In this document: one piece after another, positions 34,306-39,824 of the stretch
Numbering within the stretch: position 1 is the stretch's first letter
How the letters are laid out: every line of letters starts with the position of its first letter
Source of the DNA: a virus
Taxonomy: Duplodnaviria > Caudoviricetes
DNA: 39,824 nt
IMG/VR virus record: IMGVR_UViG_3300037420_000668
Coordinates: 1-39,824 of that record
Strand: one strand, 5' to 3'
The notes under the pieces: model-generated
Told to the model about the DNA's origin: nothing
The model's input: only the letters and a program-made list of their open reading frames with translations
Databases searched by the model: none
Made by a program: the position numbers and the translations under genes

Positions 34306-35551
34306 ACTTCCTGAAGCCCGTAGCCAATGACGGAATAGGCTTCACGATAACCTTCCGGTCATTCTTCAGTGCCCGCCTTGCGCCCTCGACTGCATACCTG
34401 AGCGCGTCGATCATGTGATTGTCCTTGTCCTCCAGTACGGAGGTAACCTGTCCGGTGAGGCTGTCCACCTTGTATGAGTAGAGCGTCAGTTCGGAGATCA
34501 GCTGCTCGCACCTCGGATGCACAACGATGTCGTAGCTCTTGAGGAACTCAACGCCCTCTTCCAATGAGCGCGGACCCTTCAACGCCGGAGCAATGCGCGG
34601 AAAGCCGTTGTTCCGCAGATGGCTGATCGTCTCCGGCCGCGACGAGTCCGCCGTCATCCAGTACTTTTCCGCGTCGGGAATGGTCATGAACAGCGACGGA
34701 AGGTCGACAATCTCGATATGCAGACCCCATGCCTCGTAATCCACGAACAGCTGTGTCCCATCGATCCAGCAGCGGACAGAGCATGAGGGATCTATCGAGA
34801 AGCCGAAGTCGGCACCAAGCCGGTATTCGACATTGGCAGGGCTCTCGAACGCCTCGACGCGCCAGTTCTTGAGCACCCTCGCTTCGGAATTGCGGCGATA
34901 CTGCCCAAGCCAGATGTGGTTGTACTTGTCGATGTCGCGGGCGCGGTCCCACTCCATCTTCTCTCTGAGGTCCTCGGGAAACCACGGGTTGCGGTCATAA
35001 TTGACGTTGAGCACGACCGAGCGCGGCGGCGGGCCTGGCCACTTCTCGGTATCGTTGCCCCGGAACATTGCGTCGACAGGATCGGTCTCAAGGTCCGGGT
35101 TCCAGCTCCAGATGAGCCGTGAACCGGGAGAGCGAAGCGTCGGCTCCAGCGTGTCGATGCTGCCTTGGCTAACAGCCTGAGCTTCTTCCACCCAACAGTC
35201 GGTCAGACCCTCAAGCGAGCGAATGCCGTTCGCATTGCCTCTGAGCCCGGAGAAGATGAACAGGCTGTCGTTCGGCCCCCTGATCTCGCGCTCGGTCGAG
35301 TTGAACACCTTACTCAGTCCCATGCGCCTGATCTCGTCGTCCAAGAGACGCTTCACCGAATCCCTGATGCTGTTCTGAAACTCACGGCCACAGAGGACAC
35401 GGTGATGCTCCTCCGCTGCCTGGAGGATCAGCGCAGTACCGACCGACCGTGACTTGGCCGCGCCTCTCCCGCCCCATAATGCGATGTGACGAGCATCCTT
35501 GCGCCACAGGCATTGTGACCAGTCAGGAAGCTCTATTTCAGTCTGCTGCAT
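34304..35551 (-). CDS. terL: terminase large subunit (PBSX/Terminase_3 type)
   Basis: GGRGAAKS Walker A, WVEEAQ Walker B, GADFGF, DKDNHMIDALRYA. Confidence 0.95.
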   Translation of the reverse strand: MQQTEIELPDWSQCLWRKDARHIALWGGRGAAKSRSVGTALILQAAEEHHRVLCGREFQNSIRDSVKRLLDDEIRRMGLSKVFNSTEREIRGPNDSLFIFSGLRGNANGIRSLEGLTDCWVEEAQAVSQGSIDTLEPTLRSPGSRLIWSWNPDLETDPVDAMFRGNDTEKWPGPPPRSVVLNVNYDRNPWFPEDLREKMEWDRARDIDKYNHIWLGQYRRNSEARVLKNWRVEAFESPANVEYRLGADFGFSIDPSCSVRCWIDGTQLFVDYEAWGLHIEIVDLPSLFMTIPDAEKYWMTADSSRPETISHLRNNGFPRIAPALKGPRSLEEGVEFLKSYDIVVHPRCEQLISELTLYSYKVDSLTGQVTSVLEDKDNHMIDALRYAVEGARRALKNDRKVIVKPIPSLATGFRK

Positions 35552-35717
35552 TCGACGGCGCTAGTTCCGGATGCTCCTTAATGACCTTATTCTCTGCCTC
35601 AAGTTGGCGTTGATTAAACGGCTTGAACGCATCGGGATCAACTTCGCGCGCCAATTCCATCCTGCGGAAATAGCGGTTCAGGCCTTCAGTCGCTTTCTCT
35701 GCATTATATGGCGGCAT
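35538..35717 (-). CDS. 59 aa protein between terS and terL
   Basis: GAGGA RBS, TGATG overlap; MPPYNAEKATEGL... Confidence 0.55.
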   Translation of the reverse strand: MPPYNAEKATEGLNRYFRRMELAREVDPDAFKPFNQRQLEAENKVIKEHPELAPSNAAD

Positions 35718-36163
35718 CACTCTGTCCTCACATCGGTGTTGCGGAAGCTGACCGTCACGCCGGCAGGAAGCGGGTTTTCGGGATCGGAGCCGAGCAACTG
35801 GCGGTCTCCGTATCGCTTGGGATCCCACTTCGCGAGGAGCTTGAGGCGGGTTTCGACGCGCAACCGAGAGCGCGTGATCCATTCCGTGTTCGGGCGCTCA
35901 CTGCCACTCTCGGGATCGCGGATCGTGTCGCTGTGCGTGGCATCGGCAATGTTCAGCGCATCAATCGCAATCTGATCGAACCCGGCTTCCCGCGCACGCG
36001 CGATGTTCGCGGAAAATTGCTCGTTATTTGCCTGCCAATCATACACTGTACGATAAGCTGGCATTCTGTCGTCACGGCATATCGCGGCTAATGGCTCACC
36101 TGTACTCAGGCGCTCGCAAATCTCGTTTGCGATCTCTTGTGTGAATGTCGACGGGCGGCCCAA
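35717..36163 (-). CDS. terS: terminase small subunit
   Basis: GRPSTF...ICERL..GE.L..IC...P...TVYDW...PKRYGD; probable TTG start at 36163. Confidence 0.88.
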   Translation of the reverse strand: MGRPSTFTQEIANEICERLSTGEPLAAICRDDRMPAYRTVYDWQANNEQFSANIARAREAGFDQIAIDALNIADATHSDTIRDPESGSERPNTEWITRSRLRVETRLKLLAKWDPKRYGDRQLLGSDPENPLPAGVTVSFRNTDVRTE

Positions 36164-36164
36164 G

Positions 36165-36509
36165 CTACGCAGCCTTTCCAGTATCAACCACGAACCCTGC
36201 TGCTCTCAGTGCGTTCAATAGCCGAGCGGAGCCTTCGCACGCGTCTTTCTGACGTTTGGCGTCACATAGCGCAGCGGGCTCATCTCTGTCCTGTGGTTCG
36301 CGTTCGCGGTAATAGCGATCCTTCACGCTGTCCCTTGAACGGTACGGGATCAGCGCGTGAGTTTGGTCCAGGTCGTAGCCCATTGCGATGGCGCTGCGGA
36401 CGACCTGGATTTCCTGCGGAGTCCATCTCGCGACGGCTCTTGCCCGCATCGGCGAGATGAAGTGAGCGCTCGCCGTGCCTTGCGTTTTTGTAACCCTCCC
36501 CATGTGCAT
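36165..36509 (-). CDS. Myb/SANT-like HTH protein, candidate late activator
   Basis: RWTPQEIQVV...IPYRSRDSVKDRYYR; Q-like position before terS. Confidence 0.6.
   Translation of the reverse strand: MHMGRVTKTQGTASAHFISPMRARAVARWTPQEIQVVRSAIAMGYDLDQTHALIPYRSRDSVKDRYYREREPQDRDEPAALCDAKRQKDACEGSARLLNALRAAGFVVDTGKAA
36215..36252 (-). promoter_or_regulatory. late promoter motif TCAGAA-N26-TATTGA upstream of terS
   Basis: First copy, at the start of the late region. Confidence 0.68.
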
Positions 36510-36512
36510 TAC

Positions 36513-36641
36513 TCAGCCTCCCCGAACCAGACCGGCAGCGACGAGTGCAACCGCGACGTAAATTCCTCCGGCAGTCACGCCGACTGTGAAGTTGATAAGG
36601 CCCCAAGCGTAGTTGACGCCAAGTGATCGAAGCCATGCCAT
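36513..36641 (-). CDS. 42 aa membrane peptide
   Basis: GGAGG RBS, TAATG overlap, hydrophobic. Confidence 0.55.
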   Translation of the reverse strand: MAWLRSLGVNYAWGLINFTVGVTAGGIYVAVALVAAGLVRGG

Positions 36642-37102
36642 TACCTTCCTCCGGTGGGTGAGATGGTGAGCGGATTGCGCTTCAGACCAAGCTCGCGGAG
36701 GATCTGCGCAGCTTCTTCCGGTGTGCAGTAATCCGGCCTGGGCAATTGCAGCGGTGGCGCGGAATCGTGATCCACGCCTTGCCGCCAACTCATTCTCTCT
36801 TTCGTCTCGGAAATGATCGTCGGCACGATTTTCGAAGGATGATCGCAGGATTGCCGAGCCTTTCTCGCGCCTTCCGCCAAGATGTCGGGTGGCAGATGCT
36901 TGAGCGTATCCCATGCCATCGCCAACCACTCTCCACGGCTTTCCTCGGTCATCCCCGCCGGTGCAGTGAGAGCTAGGCAGGCAGTCAGTTCGTTGCGAAA
37001 CACGGTTCTAGCTTGGTCCGAACACTCGGAGAGCTGCCCGTGTCGTTGGGCTGAGACCATCGGCGGGTTGATGTCTTCCCAGGGTGTTAGGTCGTCTGTC
37101 AT
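36641..37102 (-). CDS. replication protein (P-like position)
   Basis: LTAPAGMT...EWL..AWDTL..LP...CDHPSKIVP; follows initiator. Confidence 0.6.
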   Translation of the reverse strand: MTDDLTPWEDINPPMVSAQRHGQLSECSDQARTVFRNELTACLALTAPAGMTEESRGEWLAMAWDTLKHLPPDILAEGARKARQSCDHPSKIVPTIISETKERMSWRQGVDHDSAPPLQLPRPDYCTPEEAAQILRELGLKRNPLTISPTGGR

Positions 37103-37625
37103 CTTCGCCTCTCGGATCGTAAATCGCGCCCCAGCCTTTTGCCGTGCAAAGCTCGATCAGCTTGGGCGGTGGGATTCCAGTCTGTGCTGACATCTCGGCG
37201 AGGTCGGTCTGGAATTTCTTCCAGGCTGTGGGAGTGTTCGGCAGCCGTTTCTTGCGCCGATTGGTCATCAAATCTGTCCAAACCTGAAGGCTCACCCCAA
37301 GCGGCAGAGCCCACGGGCGCGGTTGATGTGAGGAAGCTTTAGCTTCCGGAACATCAACGGGGGGTGAGGAAGGGGTTTGATTGTTTTCTTTAGGGGAAAC
37401 CTTGGGGGGGTCGCCATTCTCGTTCGTTTCGTACGATGTCGTACGATTCTTACGATTGATGCGACGATACTCTCGGTCATAGGCCCGCTTGTTCTCTGCT
37501 GCCTTGTCGATGGCTGGGCGCGCTTCGGCAGCGACAGTTGCAGCAAGCTCCATGACAAGAGCCAACTGCCCGGCATCTAGCCCTGAGGCAGCAAGAGCAG
37601 CCATGACTTCTTGGGCCGGCCTCAC
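37008..37625 (-). CDS. replication initiator (O-like)
   Basis: Low-complexity central linker containing iterons; C-terminal W..L...RRKK...KGWGAI; GTGA overlap start. Confidence 0.7.
   Translation of the reverse strand: MRPAQEVMAALAASGLDAGQLALVMELAATVAAEARPAIDKAAENKRAYDREYRRINRKNRTTSYETNENGDPPKVSPKENNQTPSSPPVDVPEAKASSHQPRPWALPLGVSLQVWTDLMTNRRKKRLPNTPTAWKKFQTDLAEMSAQTGIPPPKLIELCTAKGWGAIYDPRGEDDRRPNTLGRHQPADGLSPTTRAALRVFGPS
37370..37470. other. putative replication origin
   Basis: TCGTACGA at 37429 and 37439, TTACGA 37450, GACGA 37463, next to A/T-rich tract. Confidence 0.6.
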
Positions 37626-38149
37626 GCTGTGAGCCTCCCTTCCCACTCGTCAAGAAGCCGATCGCATTTGCTAGAGTTGCATGGGAGGCAGCACGCAACG
37701 AGATTATCTTCGTCGTTAGTGCCTCCACGACTAAGCGGCACAACGTGATCTGCACACATTCGTTCTGCTTGGTCTCCGCAATACCTACATGTATGACCGT
37801 CACGTTCGAGGATGAAGTTGCGAAGCGGCCACCACTCACGATCAGGAAGACGTGGAGTTATAGGCCCATCGTAACCCCAGCGCTCTTTCGACCCATAAGC
37901 TTGAGAACGCGCGTTATTGTTTGCTGGCCGCGAAACTCTTTCGCTTTCCCTGATAAGAGCTTCGGCATAAATTATCAGCACGCCAGCACGATCTTCCGCA
38001 CTTCGATCTTGTGATTCGAGTACATCAACGATGTCGAAAATGCGGCGCGCGTCATCACCACGCTGCATGGCCTTTGCCACAAGAATGGCGTCTTCTATTT
38101 TCTTCCCGCCATCAGCGAGCAATTGAAGAATGTGGCTGGTAACACTCAT
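37622..38149 (-). CDS. HNH endonuclease
   Basis: RDGHTCRYCG...DHVVPLSRGG...NLVACCLPCNSSK. Confidence 0.88.
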   Translation of the reverse strand: MSVTSHILQLLADGGKKIEDAILVAKAMQRGDDARRIFDIVDVLESQDRSAEDRAGVLIIYAEALIRESERVSRPANNNARSQAYGSKERWGYDGPITPRLPDREWWPLRNFILERDGHTCRYCGDQAERMCADHVVPLSRGGTNDEDNLVACCLPCNSSKCDRLLDEWEGRLTA

Positions 38150-38409
38150 GCTGCCGCCTTCCGCAGCGCATCGCGCAGCTTGGCAGATCCCTCGCGAGCA
38201 TCATCGTGGCGCTCTTTCTGGGACATATCCCGGTGAGGCTCGGTCTCGCTCCATTCGGCGCATGTCCGGTGCGGGAAGGGAAACTTGCCAGTGGTGGCCC
38301 TTGGCGGGTTCAGCTTGGCGCGTAGCTTCATTCCCTGAAGCCTAGCTGTAGCCAGCGCAGAATCGAGCATGGCTCGATGCAGCCTGATTTGCGCTGGTGT
38401 CTTAGGCAT
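38146..38409 (-). CDS. hypothetical protein
   Basis: 87 aa from ATG 38409; coupled to neighbours. Confidence 0.6.
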   Translation of the reverse strand: MPKTPAQIRLHRAMLDSALATARLQGMKLRAKLNPPRATTGKFPFPHRTCAEWSETEPHRDMSQKERHDDAREGSAKLRDALRKAAA

Positions 38410-38722
38410 TGGTCTGCCCCACCAGTTCCAGGGTGAGACGGCGTATAGAGTTGTGCAGCTTGGGATTCTTCGCGCGGCGCTTCTCGACCGCTTGGCAAGC
38501 GTACAGGATCGTTGAATGGTCACGGCCACCGAACAGTTGTCCGATGCGCACGTAACTGTGGTTGGTCAGTCGTACAGCCAGTGTAATCGCCACTTGGCGC
38601 GGCCATGCGTGTTTGCGCTGGCGTCCCCCCTTGGTTCCCGGCGCCGTCATGCTTCCGAGCGGGACACGGTAACGCTTGGCTACGGTCTTCTGGATCTCAG
38701 CTATGCGGGGGAGTTGGCTCAT
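38402..38722 (-). CDS. stand-alone DnaA C-terminal HTH domain protein
   Basis: PRQVAITL...SYVRIGQLFGGRDHSTILYA. Confidence 0.85.
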   Translation of the reverse strand: MSQLPRIAEIQKTVAKRYRVPLGSMTAPGTKGGRQRKHAWPRQVAITLAVRLTNHSYVRIGQLFGGRDHSTILYACQAVEKRRAKNPKLHNSIRRLTLELVGQTNA

Positions 38723-39189
38723 AGCTCGCTCGCCGTCAGCTCGAGCCGTGGCCGTGACGAATAGAACTTCTCTACCGTTAGTTCGACGACTTGGTTATCA
38801 TCAGGCCAGACAATGCCGTTTAGCGCATCGATGACCTTGGCGAAGTTGTCGACATCGGGCTTGGTGAGTGGGCGGATTACGCCGGCCTCCGCACTCTGAG
38901 ACTTGAATTTGCTCTTCGCCATTGCCTGGGGCATTTGCATGTAGGCGCGGATGCGAACGCTCGTTGGTCCTTGAAGCTGAGCGCGTGCTTCCATCACATG
39001 CCCAGCCTCAAGACGGATAAGATCTTCGTAGCGGCGCGTTTTGGTGGGCGTGAAAGCCCGCGCTTGGCCGTTGATGGTTGAGAGCCTCGGGCGACCTTTC
39101 GGGACTGGAGCGCCGGGAACGACTATGCGCACACTTGCGAGCTCGATCAGCACCGACCCCTTTGGAGGTGTTTGGGTTTGTGGGGTCAT
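38719..39189 (-). CDS. rusA: RusA-family Holliday junction resolvase
   Basis: PVPKGRPR...KPDVDN..K..DALNGIVWPDDNQVV. Confidence 0.9.
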   Translation of the reverse strand: MTPQTQTPPKGSVLIELASVRIVVPGAPVPKGRPRLSTINGQARAFTPTKTRRYEDLIRLEAGHVMEARAQLQGPTSVRIRAYMQMPQAMAKSKFKSQSAEAGVIRPLTKPDVDNFAKVIDALNGIVWPDDNQVVELTVEKFYSSRPRLELTASEL

Positions 39190-39669
39190 GCGGCAGCCTT
39201 TGGGCGATTGCCTTCGGCACCGCCGCTCTCATGCTTCGCACGAAGCCCCTGCTGGTCTTCGCCCTTCGGGTTTCGATCGGCTATCGCGGCGAGGATTGCG
39301 CGACCGTGAAGTTCAGCCAATTGTGGAAGGATCGCATTCCCTAGTCGCCCAACGCGGTCCACCCAATTGGGTATCCCATGAACCACTCGCCTAATTCCGG
39401 CGTAGGAACTATCCCGTTGCAAGCCATCGTCTGGGCCCAGTTCATCAAGCCCTCGACTCCACTTTTGGAGACTTTTCTGGAACGTGCCACTTGCTGCGGT
39501 GGCTCCGAGGTTAAGATCGCCGTCGCCGTGAGGGTAGGCCACAGCAAACCATCTGTCGCGTCTGTGAGGCGCCCCAATGTCGCACGCTTGAAAGCAATCC
39601 CATTCCGCGTCATGCCCGATCTCGGCCAGGTCCCCGAGAACCGCGCCCAACCCTCGATCAAGCAGCGCT
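39186..39669 (-). CDS. C5 methyltransferase alpha chain, C-terminal part
   Basis: GAPHRRDRWF (motif VIII) and RLGNAILPQLA (motif X); no motif IX in this frame. Confidence 0.9.
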
Positions 39670-39823
39670 GCCACGTTCTCCAGCAGCGTGAATCGCGATC
39701 GAACCAGGCGAATGGCACGCACCACCTCCCGCCACAGTCCAGAGCGGGCCCCGGCAAGTCCGGCACCCTTACCGGCGATGCTAATGTCTTGGCATGGAAA
39801 GCCTGCGCAGATGACATCCGCAT
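39341..39823 (-). CDS. C5 methyltransferase beta chain in overlapping +1 frame
   Basis: WPRSGMTRNG...LWPT...PTPELGEWFMGYPIGWT (motif IX-like); GGAG 7 nt before the ATG (seen at 162-165 in the left copy). Confidence 0.8.
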   Translation of the reverse strand: MRMSSAQAFHAKTLASPVRVPDLPGPALDCGGRWCVPFAWFDRDSRCWRTWQRCLIEGWARFSGTWPRSGMTRNGIAFKRATLGRLTDATDGLLWPTLTATAILTSEPPQQVARSRKVSKSGVEGLMNWAQTMACNGIVPTPELGEWFMGYPIGWTALGD

Positions 39824-39824
39824 C
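39670..39824. repeat. Terminal direct repeat, right copy
   Basis: Matches 1-155 with one mismatch. Confidence 0.95.

Noticed and set aside
39670-39824. Biological terminal repeat
   Set aside because: It falls mid-gene in the methyltransferase and fits an assembly overlap of a circular or permuted genome
1-39824. CRISPR array, reverse transcriptase/DGR, invertase cassette, IS element
   Set aside because: No spaced repeats, RT motifs, serine recombinase or transposase seen; the paralogous adhesins are too diverged to be a TR/VR pair

Overview
This window is an essentially complete, circularly permuted genome (about 39,669 bp unique; 155-bp terminal overlap with one mismatch) of a temperate, P22/lambdoid-organised podophage. 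The host is inferred to be an alphaproteobacterium, probably Sphingomonadales. A cI/cro switch with palindromic operators (2.5-3.2 kb) drives a plus-strand early operon: ERF recombinase, SSB-like, DUF968-like, DUF1367-like, Xis, tyrosine integrase, attP in the 3' half of tRNA-Arg(CCG), then about 12 more small genes. The minus strand runs cro, cII-like, a C5 methyltransferase spanning the contig junction, RusA, DnaA-C HTH, HNH, replication genes, terS/terL, portal, scaffold, P22-type coat, decoration and glycosyltransferase genes, gp4/gp10-like neck, ejection proteins, tail appendages, a GH108 lysis cassette and a secreted Calx-beta/DUF1996 protein. The most notable signals read from the DNA are: (1) eight copies of a late-promoter motif TCAGAA-N26-TAnnnn with invariant spacing, four of them apparently leaderless; (2) a two-frame, M.EcoHK31I-like split methyltransferase; (3) one adhesin-like domain encoded twice with different N-terminal peptides in the head and tail modules; (4) attP splitting the early operon; (5) a highly structured terL-portal spacer; (6) unannotated antisense membrane peptides flanking the DNA-ejection genes. 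Family assignments are from motif recognition only; no searches were run.
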